Origin: an uncultured virus (IMG/VR IMGVR_UViG_3300020057_000040)
Lineage: Duplodnaviria; Heunggongvirae; Uroviricota; Caudoviricetes
IMG/VR virus record: IMGVR_UViG_3300020057_000040
Length of the DNA: 64,000 bases
Strand: one strand, 5' to 3'
Positions 34,463-47,456 of this stretch are shown piece after piece (the first letter of the stretch is position 1; every line of letters begins with the position of its first letter). The notes beneath the pieces are model-generated. The model was not told where the DNA came from. It made no database searches and saw only the letters and a list, made by a program, of their open reading frames with translations. Both the position numbers and the translations under genes were made by a program.

Positions 34463-34534
34463 GTGGTTATAGTTTAATTGGAAAAACATCAGTTTCCTAA
34501 ATTGAAAATAAGAGTTCAAGCCTCTTTAACCATT
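34463..34534 (+). tRNA. tRNA-Arg(CCT)
   Basis: Anticodon arm TCAGT-TTCCTAA-ATTGA. Confidence 0.75.
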
Positions 34535-34541
34535 CTAAAAT

Positions 34542-35013
34542 ATGTGGACAATAAAAAAAACAGTTAAGTGCGGTAAGTATATTTATGCGGTTGTTCCTGA
34601 ACATCCAAGAGCAATTAAATTTGGATATATCTATTTACATAGAATTGTAGTTGAAAATCACTTAGGAAGAATACTTGAATTAGATGAAATCGTACATCAT
34701 AAAGACGGAAACACAAAAAATAATTCAATAGATAATTTGGAAGTTATGAAACAATCAGAACACGCCAAAAAACACAGATTAGAAGTTGGTAGTTTGTTGT
34801 TTACTTAAATGCCCTCAATGTGAAAATAATTTTGAGAGAGAAAAAAACAAAACACATTTAATTAAACCATCAAAATTAGGAGCAACTTTTTGTTCACCAA
34901 GATGCAGGGGTTTATTTTCACAACGAATACAGGCAAATGTAAAACTTACAAAGGACATGATTAAATCAATAAAAAATAATGTGATAAAAGAATATAAAAA
35001 ATATACTGAATAA
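34542..35013 (+). CDS. HNH endonuclease split over two overlapping frames (34542-34808 and 34786-35013)
   Basis: HR.VVE.HLGR...VHHKDGN..NN.IDNL in the first frame; CPQC...FCSPRC zinc finger in the second. Confidence 0.75.
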
Positions 35014-35924
35014 TTTTTTATTATATTTGTATCTGCTAATGTAAAGCCGTCGCTATGGGTGCTGATACCGTTCTACAACGGAGAATAGTCTGTTCGCTGA
35101 TGGTCTTCGATTGACAATAGATATGAGGTGTGTATCAAAAAGTATGTTCGGGCAACACCTTTCGGTGAGCATACATTGTAAGAGAAGATAAGTTAGCAAC
35201 TTTAATTTGCCGTAAATTCGGTTGACCATTTAGGTCGAGAACCCACCAATATAGAGGTGGGTTTTTTTATTTATGTATGATTATTTTTTTACCGATTAAA
35301 TCTTTGTGATTATAAACGGATGTTTTATCAAAATCCTTTATTTCACCTTTTGAATTACACCTTGCGTAAACAGGCATTAATAAATCATTCATTGTAACTC
35401 CGCAGGTTAAAGATATAGGGTAAAATCCCCACTTCTCTTTTATCTCAATAGCGGAAGTTAATTTCACGTTTAATGTTCTTTTGTTGATTTTTTTAGTTTT
35501 CATAATATATGGTTTTTTAATATGGTATAAAGGTAAGTACCATGTGTGCAGCCAATCTGCATAGGTCTGAAACACTCGTAAATAGTGGGTTAAGGGTGGT
35601 GTTGATAACTTAATTACATAAATGTAAGTGGTATCACATATTATGATTACATTTGATTCACTTTTTAAGCCAAAAAAATGATAAAACACAGTCATTAACT
35701 AAAACCCATTTATTATGAAAAAATAAGTAAAAAAACCCCGTTATACTTCGAGAAAAAAGTAAGCCATATTAAGTTAAGATATATTAAGGTGAAATCCTTC
35801 CATTATTGGGGGGATTTTTTTTATGCCTTGATGGTAATATTTTATCAATATGAAAACCATTAAGTTACGATATGTTAATATATTTATTTGAATATGTTAT
35901 ACATTTGTTATACATTTGCTATAC

Positions 35925-36068
35925 ATGAAAAAACTATTCGCATTTAGATTTGATGAGAAAAAAGTAAAAAATTGGAAAGTGAAAGCTAAAAAAGAAAATC
36001 GCTCTCTAACTAATTTTATTGAAATAGTTATGGATAGTTTTTATTCTAAAAAGAATTTTAAAAAATAA
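35925..36068 (+). CDS. Small Arc/RHH-like DNA-binding protein, not in the ORF track
   Basis: MKKLFAFRFDEKKVKNWKVKAKKENRSLTNFIE...; preceded by three TG(T/C)TATACAT direct repeats (35894-35926) overlapping TACATTTG promoter motifs. Confidence 0.6.
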   Translation: MKKLFAFRFDEKKVKNWKVKAKKENRSLTNFIEIVMDSFYSKKNFKK

Positions 36069-36070
36069 AA

Positions 36071-36589
36071 ATGAATATTGTATATGCTTTATATTGCCCT
36101 GAAAGAAAGATACCGAAGTATGTTGGTAAATCAACGGTTGGGTTAGATAGACCAATATCGCATATAAAAAATGCTTCTCATAACATGGCGATTAATAATT
36201 GGATTAGAGAACTTGGGTTAAAGGGTCTAACGCCTATGATTATTGTATTAGAGAACGATATTAAAAAAGAATTACTTAATGATAGGGAAAAGTTTTGGAT
36301 AAAAGATTTTATTGAAAAAAAATTCAATCTATTGAATGGAAATAACAGAAACAAAGCCATTAATTATAAAAAATCTGTATCTATAAAAAAAATTAACATT
36401 AAAATAAATATAGGTTTAAAACTTGAAGAAACAACAATTACTGTTGTTAAGGCTTTATTACATAAACCCGAAAATCTAAAATTGAAAGATAAGTTTAATG
36501 CTATGATTGATTATCTTATCGAAACACATCCCGAATATATTGAGATGAAAAAAGAACTTGAAAAAAAGAAACCGAAATTAAAAAAATAA
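36071..36589 (+). CDS. GIY-YIG nuclease-domain protein
   Basis: IVYAL...KYVGKS...R...H...REKFWI...LLN pattern. Confidence 0.75.
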   Translation: MNIVYALYCPERKIPKYVGKSTVGLDRPISHIKNASHNMAINNWIRELGLKGLTPMIIVLENDIKKELLNDREKFWIKDFIEKKFNLLNGNNRNKAINYKKSVSIKKINIKINIGLKLEETTITVVKALLHKPENLKLKDKFNAMIDYLIETHPEYIEMKKELEKKKPKLKK

Positions 36590-36838
36590 TATTTTGAGAG
36601 AAAGAATATTAAAATGTTTTGAGCCAATAATCGGATATATTCCAACAGAAGATGATGAATTTCATTTGTTATGTGATAGATTAGATTTGTTAAGTGTTGT
36701 AATGAATTGCGAAAAAGAATTTAATTTGGAACAAATTGATTGCGACACAAAAGACGAATTTGATTTTAATGAAGTTAAGGACTTTGTTGATTGGATTATT
36801 GAATTTGTAGATAAACAAAACAAAAATTAAATATTAGC

Positions 36839-37723
36839 ATGACAGCCGAAGAAGTAATACCAAAAGTTTTAAACTCTAAGTCAGTTATTGATGTTTTCTA
36901 TGATGTGAATGATTGGAAAACTAATTACAAAAATTACATTCGTTTAATTCATCCTGACGTATGTAATTTACCGAAAGCATCGGAAGCAACCGAGAAGTTA
37001 AATAAGTTTAAGGAAGAACTCGAAAACGGTAAAAAACATAATGACGATGCAGGGGTTGTTAATTACCGTTTAAAAACTGTTGAAATAATTGGTGATGCTG
37101 CTTTGATAAAAAAATCACTTGCGAATTATAATTATTTGATGTCGCTAAATGATGATGCAGCAAAGAACTTTAAAAAATATTTACCTGCATCCGCAAAATT
37201 AATTTCTGAAAATGAATTAGAGTTTACTTTGCATTTCAGAGCCGTTCCATTATCGTCGCTTGGTATAGTTGAACAGAAACACGCCAATTGGATGTTAAGT
37301 AGAATGTTTGAGTTTTCTTCATGGATTAACCAAATCGGTTACTCTCATGCAGGTATTAGTCCTGAATCAATTTACATCATGCCTGAAAATCATGGTATGT
37401 GTTGTATTTCGTTTTATCACATGGGTAAAATTGATAGTGAATTAAAAACGATTTCAGCCAAGTACAAGAATTTTTATCCGCCACAAGTATTCTCTAACAA
37501 ACGTTACGAATCAAACATTGATATTGAATTATCAAAGCGTACAGGAATTTATTTATTGGGTGATAAATCAGGAAGCGGAGTTATTTTAAGAAAGACACAT
37601 GAGAATGAAATAATTGATTTTTTACAAAAACAATGTGATAATCCTGCACTTAATTATTCGGATTATCGTGATTTGCTAAAAAAATATTTTGATATGAAAC
37701 AGTTTCATAAACTTAGTGTATAA
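36839..37723 (+). CDS. J-domain plus kinase-like protein
   Basis: LIHPD J-domain motif; WMLSRM..GYSHAGISPESI kinase-like catalytic loop. Confidence 0.65.
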   Translation: MTAEEVIPKVLNSKSVIDVFYDVNDWKTNYKNYIRLIHPDVCNLPKASEATEKLNKFKEELENGKKHNDDAGVVNYRLKTVEIIGDAALIKKSLANYNYLMSLNDDAAKNFKKYLPASAKLISENELEFTLHFRAVPLSSLGIVEQKHANWMLSRMFEFSSWINQIGYSHAGISPESIYIMPENHGMCCISFYHMGKIDSELKTISAKYKNFYPPQVFSNKRYESNIDIELSKRTGIYLLGDKSGSGVILRKTHENEIIDFLQKQCDNPALNYSDYRDLLKKYFDMKQFHKLSV

Positions 37724-38229
37724 ATGTTATTTTTCAATACTAAAACATAGAATATGATATTAAGAATGTATCACATAAGTCCACGTAATTACGGTCAGGG
37801 ATATTTCGTACTCGCTGCATCAAAGGAAAGTGCTTTAAAGTATATTCAGGAATCAAAGGAATATAATAGTGAACAATTTAAAGGTTATACGGTAGATAAC
37901 TTACCTAACAACTACACTATTAAAGAATATAATGTTGGTGAAGTTGTAAGACACGAAAACGCTTAATATGGAAAAAGTTTTTGATAATGAACATCGTGAC
38001 AGATATTACGGATTACGTAAAGGAGATATTGTTGAATATGGTTATTCCATTGATAAGCCACCAATATTAAAAGGTGAAGTTGTTGAATACGGTGTTTTAG
38101 ATAACAACTCTGTGTACATTGATACAGGTGATGGTAAGAAACCAAAACGAGTTGTTGCCGAATGGTGTAAAATAATTACTCACGTTGAAGACAAAATAAA
38201 TAAAAATAGTAACAATTAAAAAAACATAT

Positions 38230-40353
38230 ATGAAAAATTTTAACATGAAAATTCAAAAGCATTTCAAAGAAATGTGTAACAAAGGTAAATTATTCAGAGT
38301 TGAATTAAGTGGACAACAAATTTGGGATTTGTATTTAAAGTCATTCGATAACGACCCTATATTCAGAAGCCCTGAAAGCACAGAGCATAATTGTAACCAT
38401 TGTAAAAATTTCATCAGGAGATACGGAAACATTGTTGCTGTTACCGATGATTATAAAATAATTACATTGTTTGATGTTGAATCGGATGAAGAATTTGATT
38501 CGGTTGTTAAAGCATTATCTAAAGCAATTCAAAATTCAAAAATAACGGAAGTGTTTTTTGAAACATTTGAAGAATTAAATGGTTTGCCTTACGAGAAATG
38601 TTCTAAAAGCAATTTAGTGTTTCAGTTAGGTATTGATAAAAATGTTAAACAATACACTAAAGAAGAAGCTGAAAAATACGGAGTTGTTAAGTCCGATGAT
38701 ATTATAACATTTAATCACTTACATTTATTTGTTGATAAAATATTTGTTGATGCAAGTGGTAAATCGGTTGAGGCAATAATGGGTGAATACAGAGATGCAA
38801 AAAATGTATTTCAAAGAGCTATGGAAACTATTTCCTTAGATACTTTTGAATTGGTAAAAGATTTAATCAATCAGGGTTCTTTATTGGATGGTGCTACGCA
38901 TCTTTTTAAAATTGAACAAATTGTTCCGTTGAAAAAAGAATACGATACTTTATCCGCTAAACAAAAAGATAATTGGTGTTGGGTTAAATCAAATAAACTT
39001 CCATTTGCTAAATTTAAAAATGAATTAATTGGTGTGTTGTGTACTGAATTATCAGAAGGCGAAGAATTAAATAAAGCCTGTCAATCTTGGAACAAAAGAG
39101 TTGACCCTGTGAACTACATGAAAACCACAGCACCGATAACTAAAAAACAAATTGAAGAAGCGAAGAGTTTTGTTGAAGAAAACGGTTACGTAGAATCTTT
39201 TGATAGAAGGTTTGCAAGTATTGATGATATTAAGGTGTCTGAGATATTACATAGCAACGTTGGAAAAGGTGAAATTAAATCAGTTTCAATATTCGACGGT
39301 GTAAAATCTACATCAACTCGCCACAAGAGAAATGAATTTGACGGTGTTGAAGAAGTTTCTATTGATAAATTTATGAAAGATATTTTACCGACCTGCACAA
39401 ACATTGAATTGTTTTTGAAAAACATTCACGATTCAAATATGGTATCTTTGACCACAGCAAACGTGGCTGAGAGTAAACCTATCTTTAAATGGGATAACAA
39501 TTACTCATGGACGTTCAATGGCAACTTGGCGGGTAAATCTCAAATCAAAGAAGCTGTTAAGTCAGAGGGTGGAAAGATTGATGGTGTATTAAGGTTCTCT
39601 ATCGTTTGGAATGAAGATGGAAAAGATATTTTAGATTTTGATGCTCATGCCATAGAACCTAATAGAACTCAAATTAATTACAGTTCGGATTACAGAAAAG
39701 ACAGGGGAAACCGTAGAACTTCTATGTCAGGTCAATTAGATGTGGACATGATTAATCCTTCAAAATTAGGTGTTGAAAATATCGTGTGGGATAATTTATC
39801 TAAGATGAAAGAAGGTGCTTATGGTTTTTTTATTAGGAACTTCAATGGAGGAAGTAATAAAGGATTTAAAGCTGAAATTGAATTTAACGGAGAAACATAT
39901 TATTATGAATATAACAAGCCTGTAATTGGCAGAACAGATGTTCGTGTTGCAGAAGTAACCTTGAAAGATGGTGAGTTTAGTATAAAGCATTTAATACCCG
40001 AATCGGCAGTTTCTTCTAAAGAAATTTACGGGCTTGAAACAAATACATTCCATAAAGTAAAATTACTTTGTTTATCTCCTAATCATTGGGGAAATAATAA
40101 TACAGGAAACAAACACTATTTATTTATGTTAGATGGTTGTAAATCTCCTGCGAGTATTAGAAGTTTCCATAACGAAAACTTAATACCTGAATTAGCAGCA
40201 CACAGAAAAGTAATAGAAGTGTTAGGAGCTACCAATACAATTGAATCTACCGATAAACAATTATCGGGATTAGGTTTCAACGCAACGGTAAAAGATGAAG
40301 TAATAGTCAAATTATCAGGAACTCACAAAAGAACTTTAAAAATAAAGTTCTAA
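38230..40353 (+). CDS. Large conserved phage hypothetical protein (707 aa)
   Basis: HNCNHCKNFI motif; LRFSIVWN..D.DAH..EP, GQLDVD and VENIVW segment. Confidence 0.7.
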   Translation: MKNFNMKIQKHFKEMCNKGKLFRVELSGQQIWDLYLKSFDNDPIFRSPESTEHNCNHCKNFIRRYGNIVAVTDDYKIITLFDVESDEEFDSVVKALSKAIQNSKITEVFFETFEELNGLPYEKCSKSNLVFQLGIDKNVKQYTKEEAEKYGVVKSDDIITFNHLHLFVDKIFVDASGKSVEAIMGEYRDAKNVFQRAMETISLDTFELVKDLINQGSLLDGATHLFKIEQIVPLKKEYDTLSAKQKDNWCWVKSNKLPFAKFKNELIGVLCTELSEGEELNKACQSWNKRVDPVNYMKTTAPITKKQIEEAKSFVEENGYVESFDRRFASIDDIKVSEILHSNVGKGEIKSVSIFDGVKSTSTRHKRNEFDGVEEVSIDKFMKDILPTCTNIELFLKNIHDSNMVSLTTANVAESKPIFKWDNNYSWTFNGNLAGKSQIKEAVKSEGGKIDGVLRFSIVWNEDGKDILDFDAHAIEPNRTQINYSSDYRKDRGNRRTSMSGQLDVDMINPSKLGVENIVWDNLSKMKEGAYGFFIRNFNGGSNKGFKAEIEFNGETYYYEYNKPVIGRTDVRVAEVTLKDGEFSIKHLIPESAVSSKEIYGLETNTFHKVKLLCLSPNHWGNNNTGNKHYLFMLDGCKSPASIRSFHNENLIPELAAHRKVIEVLGATNTIESTDKQLSGLGFNATVKDEVIVKLSGTHKRTLKIKF

Positions 40354-41225
40354 ATGATGTTTCATAATCCATTATAAAATAAAATAAATTAATAACTAAA
40401 AAAAACAAAATCATGTACAAACAATTAATTAAAGACGGAGCAAGATTCTCAACTCCAAAAGGAATGTTGTCATTAGAACAATTATTTACTTTATCAATTG
40501 AGGAATTAAATTCTTTAGCGGTGTCATTGGATGATGCTTATGAAAAATCTAAAGGTAAATCTTTTATCGAAAAAAGAACAACTAAGGATAAAGGAATAAA
40601 ATTACAATTAGACGTTGTTTTGGATATTCTTCAAGATAAGCAAGAAGAAGTTGAACAGGCAAAAGAAAAAGCAGCAAACAAGGCGAGAAATAATAAAATT
40701 CGTGAAATTATTGCTGAGAAGCAAGATACAGATTTGGCAAGTAAATCAATCAAGGAATTAACATCATTGTTAACAGAAGATTAAAAAAATTAAAGCCTTT
40801 ATCGACAGTATAAATATGAAGGGTAACTTTTTTTAAAACTGTGGATAAGCGGATAGCCTTATGTATTTTTCATCCTTTCATATATAAGTTCCTATGGGCT
40901 TTAATACATTAATTAAATAAAATAAATAACTAAAACCTTTCGTGTGTATAGGCAACCGAGTAAATAAAATGGGTGGACAACAACATCAAGCTGAAATCGA
41001 AAAGAACGATGCAGTATCAGAAAACAAAGTAGCAGATGTAACAACAACTGAAAATGCTACAACAGAAACAGAAGCTACAATTGAAAATGTAGAAACTGAA
41101 ACAAAAACAGAAGAAACAACTGAGGAAACTCAGGGGTAAAAATTAAATCCTTCACTAAATAAATTAGTGAGGGATTTTTTTAAAAAATAATTTAATAAAA
41201 TACAAACAATTTAAAAATAAAAAAA

Positions 41226-42146
41226 ATGGGTGGTGGTAATTGGTCAGATGATGCTTATAAGCACATCGCTTCGTCATACAAGAGTAAATCTATTGATGAT
41301 ATTTTCGTAAACAATAAAAAAGGAATAGTTGGAAAAGATATGTCCCCAAAGGATATTAAATTCCGTGAGTGCCGTGATAGCGTAGACCATCCTAACGCAT
41401 TTGGTGTGATGGTTATGTTGGATGAAACAGGAAGTATGGGTGCAATCCCTGAAATATTGGTACGTGATAAATTAGGTACATTAATGGAATCTTTAATTAA
41501 ACACGGCATAAATGATGCACAAATTTTATTCGGTGCAATTGGCGACCATTACTCTGACAATTCACCTTTACAGGTAGGTCAGTTTGAATCGGGAACTGAT
41601 GAATTAAACAAATGGTTGAGTTCTATCTACCTTGAAGGTAATGGTGGTGGTCAAAACAGAGAAAGTTATTCACTCGCTTGGTTATTTGCTGCAAGGCATA
41701 CATCAATGGATTGCTTCGAGCGCAGAGGGACTAAGGGGTTACTTTTTAGTATTGGTGATGAATCCAATCATCCTGTACTTGAAGCAGACCGTTTGAAAGA
41801 TTTAATGGGGTACGCACAGGCAGAAGATATTACCGATTCTGCTATCTTATTAGAGGCTCAACGTATGTTCCATGTATTCCATATTCACGTAACGCACGGT
41901 TATCGTGGAAAGGATAATTCTGTTACGGACTATTGGAAAAAAGCGTTAGGTGAGCGTTTAATCATGTGTGATGACCATAACCAAATTGCTGAATTAATCG
42001 CTTCAACTGTTGCAGTTATTCACGGAATTGATTTGGATACTTTCACAAAAACATTCGACCCTAAAACAGCTATTGATGTGAAGAACGCTTTAGCTAAAGT
42101 AACAAAAGATATTACTACAAAAGATAGTGGTGTAATTAATTTATAA
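41226..42146 (+). CDS. vWA-domain protein
   Basis: MIDAS-like DETGSMG, AIGD, LQVGQFES, GNGGG..ESY and IGDE motifs. Confidence 0.85.
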   Translation: MGGGNWSDDAYKHIASSYKSKSIDDIFVNNKKGIVGKDMSPKDIKFRECRDSVDHPNAFGVMVMLDETGSMGAIPEILVRDKLGTLMESLIKHGINDAQILFGAIGDHYSDNSPLQVGQFESGTDELNKWLSSIYLEGNGGGQNRESYSLAWLFAARHTSMDCFERRGTKGLLFSIGDESNHPVLEADRLKDLMGYAQAEDITDSAILLEAQRMFHVFHIHVTHGYRGKDNSVTDYWKKALGERLIMCDDHNQIAELIASTVAVIHGIDLDTFTKTFDPKTAIDVKNALAKVTKDITTKDSGVINL

Positions 42147-43710
42147 AGGTTTGCAGCTTGGCGTTTGGTTTTTTTCTTCAAAAAACTGACGCTAAGTTGC
42201 TGTTACTAAAAGTTAAAATTGGCATAACAAAAAAGAAAAAAATGGAATTTAACGAAGAATTAATATTGACATTTGCCTTATTTCACACAAAATGAAAAAC
42301 GAAGAACAGAACTCAAATAAACCACAGAACTCGGCATTTAATATAGCCGATGTTAGCGTTAGTGCTTCTCGTAAGCCGAACCCTTATCAATTGGTATGGT
42401 ACAACGCTAAGTGGTCAAAAACAAGAACTGAAAAGAATAATGATAAATATTGGCAATTTGAAATTGAACACAATAGTATGCGGTTACTATAGCATTACCG
42501 CTAACGCCCATTGCTTTATGTCAGGTGGGGAATTTGAAATACAAAAGTTTAATTAAAGCACAAAAGATGATAGAAGTACAAATGTTCAATTTAGCAGTTC
42601 AGCCCCACTTGCATAAAGCAGATGTTGGCAGTAGTGCTTTGCAGTTATCCCCAATTCAAGTTAATCAAGACTATTTGAATGAGTGGAATAACAATAGTAA
42701 TGATTTTGTTTGCCTTACCAAAAATGGCGAACTGATAAGCAAATCTCTTTACAGAGTTGGTGGTTTTGGTTGTGATATAAAGCAAGATTATTTTATGCTA
42801 CTTAAATATGTAGAAGCTATTTATGAATTTGATTTTATACAAAAATGCTATCCAAAGAAAAGCAGAAAAGAACTTGAATTACAAAGGAAGCATTTAGAAG
42901 GTCGCTGGTGTATCATTGATAAAAACGGGGTTGAGAAAAAAGAATTTGACAAATTTAAAAACCCTTATATAAAAAAAGGTAGTTGCTTTTATTCAATTGA
43001 TAGCAATTACTACAATATTGAAACAGGGGAATTTTACTGCAATTCTTCTAAAAGTATGGAAAGTTCAGAGTTTATTTTTCTTGAAAATTCCTATGATAAA
43101 GATTTGTCAAAAAGAGGTGTAATGAAAATAAATAAGAAAGATGGTAGTTGGTCGCTGTTTTCGTAGCATTACTGCCAACGGTTTGTAGGTTTATTTAGTT
43201 CGGGATTTAACAGATGAATTAACTTAAAAGCATAAAATATGAAATTACTAAAATGGTTATTTGGGAGCAGGAAACCCGCATTGAATAAACCTGCTGTTAG
43301 CAGATGTGAAATTATCCCTTTCGAGCGTGGGATGCTCATAAAAATTAAAACAAAAAAAACAAATGGAAAAGACACTTTATTGGCGTGTAGAAAGTACTGG
43401 AGATTTATCAGTTACTGTTAATGATATTACACAGTTAAAAGAAATTATTGAATGTGACTTTGCCTATGAAAGCGAAGATGGTGCATTTGATATTGAAGCC
43501 TTGCAATATATAATTACGCCACAAATGCTTACGAAAGAAGATTACGAGGCTTTGGGAGAGCAGGAACGGTAATTTTATTTCTGCTAACGTTTTGCAGCTA
43601 ACCGATAGTTTTTGCCATTGCAAAAATTTTGGTTAGGTGCTGTTATAAGAAGTGCCGACTTTTCAGAACTAAAGCCAATTTGAAATACTAAACAGAAAAA
43701 TAAAAGAGAG

Positions 43711-44184
43711 ATGGTAATTTTAAAAGAAAACGATAATCTAAAATTTGTAACAGCTCATTTGGTTGAGATTGCAAAAATGGCAACTTGTAAACGTTCAAAA
43801 TGTGGAAGCATTATAGTTGCTGATGAATGTGTAATAATTGGCGAAGGTTATAATAGTATGCCCTGTAATGAAAATGGAGAGTGTTTTAAAGACAAACTTG
43901 CACCCACATTCAAAAGTGACAAAACTTGTTGCATACACGCAGAACAAAGAGCGATAATGGATGCTTTAAAAAACAGGTGGCGTGACCAAATTAAAGGAAG
44001 CACTTTGTTTTTTATACGACTTGATGGAAATGATAATCCAAAACATAGTGGCGAGCCGTATTGCTCTATTTGCAGTAAAATGGCACTTGATGTAGGAATT
44101 GAAAGTTTTGTTTTATTGCACAAAGAAGGTTGGACTTCTTATAATACAAAAGAATATAATGAACGAACATTTGAATACAAGTAG
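43711..44184 (+). CDS. dCMP/cytidine deaminase-family protein (cassette gene)
   Basis: C..SKCGSII..GYN, HAEQ.A and PYCSIC motifs. Confidence 0.85.
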   Translation: MVILKENDNLKFVTAHLVEIAKMATCKRSKCGSIIVADECVIIGEGYNSMPCNENGECFKDKLAPTFKSDKTCCIHAEQRAIMDALKNRWRDQIKGSTLFFIRLDGNDNPKHSGEPYCSICSKMALDVGIESFVLLHKEGWTSYNTKEYNERTFEYK

Positions 44185-47100
44185 TGCGTCAGCTAGGCAT
44201 TTCTTATAACGGTTCTCGGCTTGGCGAAGGGCGATTATTAACCGAAAATGCTAATATGAAGAACTAAACAAAAATTTTAATATATGGAATTAGGCAGAGA
44301 ATATTTAATAAAAGAAGGGTTCGTTTTTATGCATGGAGATTGTTACCAACATGACTATTGCCCAGAATTTGGAAGGGATGACCCTTATAGATGGATGTTA
44401 TCGGTATCACCGCATAACAGAGTAAGGCTAAAAGAAAGCTGTATTGAGATTGATACTGTTGAAAAACTTTTAGCTGTTTACGAATTTATAAAAAACGAAC
44501 CCATTATGGATAATGATGAGAACGGGAGGGATAAAATATTAAATTTTTTGAAACGAAATTCTTACTAATTAAAAAAATAAAACATGGAAAAATATGTAAT
44601 AAAAAATAGATTTGGACAATACGTTAATACAAATGAACATGATGGTAAAAAATTAGATTATTTTTTAGACGACGACCAAATAGATGTCGCTAAACAATAT
44701 GCAGATTATGACATAAAAATGATACAAGAAAGATTTATAGACACTTGGCGTGACGATGGATTTAAAGTTTTTAAAATAATTATAACTTTAGAGGCGGTTG
44801 AGTCACATATATTTAATAATATAAAACTTTATTTATCAGGACAAGATGATATAATTGGCGGAGTATAGTAGTTTTCTAAATATTACCACTAACGGACAGG
44901 GCTTGGCGAAGGTGGGGAATTAGAAGCACTACCGTTAGTTTTAGCACAGAAGATTGATAGAAGCACAAAGGTTCAATTTACTACCGAACCCCCACTTTTG
45001 CCAAACGTGTGTTATAACTAGTAGGGATTTCTACCGAAAATGCTCATTTGGAACACAAAAAGCAGTTTTATTATTTTTTAGGGAGGGTTTTTAACCTTAA
45101 TTATCAATTAGTTACAAACTACTTTAAAGAAAGTGAAAATAAATTAGGTAGATTTGAAACTAAGGTATTACCTTTGACGTATAAATTAATAACAATCACT
45201 TAAAAATTAATAACAATCACTTAAAAACTTATCAAAATGAAAAAAGAAAAAACAATCAAACTTTACTCGGTATCGAGTGGACTTTATGCGGATGATAGTC
45301 TGTTTCCTCCTTTTGCAAACGTATCTGGAGATTATGTTACAGACTTAAATATTGCAATGGAAACATACAATTCAATTACAGCACAATCTTTCGATAAAAA
45401 AGAAGTGCTAATTGCAAGGATGCAAGGCTATAAAACCTACAACAAAACTATTCTTTGTGCTGAAATGCCAATTTCTATTTACGAAGATTTGTGTTTATTA
45501 GGAGATGAACACGAGCCAATATCAAAAGAAGAAGCACAAGAGAGAACTAATGAATATGTTTGGCATCAGTCTGTTAGGTTTTTAGATAACATTAAAGATG
45601 AAGTATTTGAAATTGAAGGTGGAATATCATCGCTTAGTATAACAAACGTCCGTAAATGGACAGAGGAAGAAATTGCGGTTTCCTGATAAGTTCCGTGATA
45701 TTGGTAATTGCTCATAATGCGTAAAAAACAATCCGCTTACATTGGAAGATGTGTAGCAACAAATTTGAAACATGAATTTGGGTTGGTTATGAGCAGTTGC
45801 CTTTTATTTAAAAATTAAATTATGGCAGAACGAATATCCCTTAAATTAAGCAACGAAAATGACTGGTTGATAGAATCTATTGAACAGGAACGAAAGAAGC
45901 AGAATAGACCATCTCAAAACAATATGATTGAAACTATACTTGTTTCCTTTTTTGAAGAGCGTGGGAAAAAAAATAATAAAACTGCTAAACGAAATGTTAA
46001 ATCGAAGGACTGAACCCCTATTGGTTATAACGGCTGACGCTATACGAAGGTGGGGATAAAGATGCACAACCCTTGCTTACCTCATAAAATCAAATTAGAT
46101 GCACAACTGTACAAATTTGGCACATCCCCACTTTTGTATAGCTTATGTTATAGGCTTATAAAACTTACAAGTGATGTTTACAGAAGAAAATTTAAAAAAT
46201 AGCACAGAATTTAAGGAGTGGATTACAGGTAGAATTGCTTTGATACACAACACTTATTTTGATGGCAAAGAACCGTATCAAGCATATATCGTTCTCCACT
46301 CCGATATGGGTAAATGGACGATAACAAGATTTTGGAAAAGCCCAAAAAGGAAAGACCAATTAGATAAAATACACGTTAGTAACGACCACGTTGAAATTTC
46401 AACAGAAGAAACTTTCAAAATATTGTTATCGGATTATAGTCGTGGGTTGGCGTAATTTTCATTTGCCTATAACGGTTTGCAGATTTGCGATGGGCGGGAC
46501 TTATGAAAAAGAATTTATAAATTAACAACAAAATTTTATATGAAAACAGAAACATCATTAAACCACGAAACCCCGCCTATTGAAAATGTGCTGTTAGTGG
46601 CTAGGCTTGTTACGGTTCTAAAAACACCGATAACAGAAAGATATTGCAAGGTAGGTGATACAGCTACCTTAGATTTAAAAAATAAACAAATTAGATGTAG
46701 TGGGGCTTGGTTCAAATTTGATGACCGTTGGGTTGTTCAGCCTTGACACTAACGTTTTTCAGCTATGAGCAGTACAGCCTTGTACATAGTTTCAATTTAG
46801 CACAAAGGTTTATTGGCTGTATTGATTATAGGTGCTGTTAGCAGTAGGTTTTCTTAAACAAAAGTAAAATGAAACAAGAAATAACATTAGAACAATACCT
46901 AAGATTAGGAGGTAAATTGGAAAGAGTAAATTGGCGTGATGCCTTTTGTGATTATGGCGACCACAATAGAGGTGCGAAAGTAGTATCTTATGAAGATAAA
47001 GGTGAAAAGGGTGGGCGCGATACACCGCTATTTCATTTTACTTTTGACAATGGTAGAACTCATAGATACGCTATCGGTTGGATAAAAATAAAGGTTGATT

Positions 47101-47456
47101 TTGTGTTGGCTGAAACTTACCGCTAACGATTGAGTATTGGCGTTGTTGCCATCACAAAATTAAATTAATATCACAAAAACTTTAAAATTATGAAAGATTT
47201 ATTAGAAAGCACAAAAGGCAATAACGCTAATACTTTGTTAGGCACAGGTTTTTGGTGGATAGAATACGATATTGATTGTGAGTTGTGGGATAACAAAAAG
47301 AGAAACCAATGCGTATCAGACCAGCATCCGTTTGAGTGGTTAAAATTTATTTCTAAAATATCATCATTCACAAGAACATTGATAAATTGGAAAGAAATAA
47401 CTGAAAAAGAATATAAGTCAGGAAAAGAAATTTTAGGTATTGGGTAAACTTGTACC

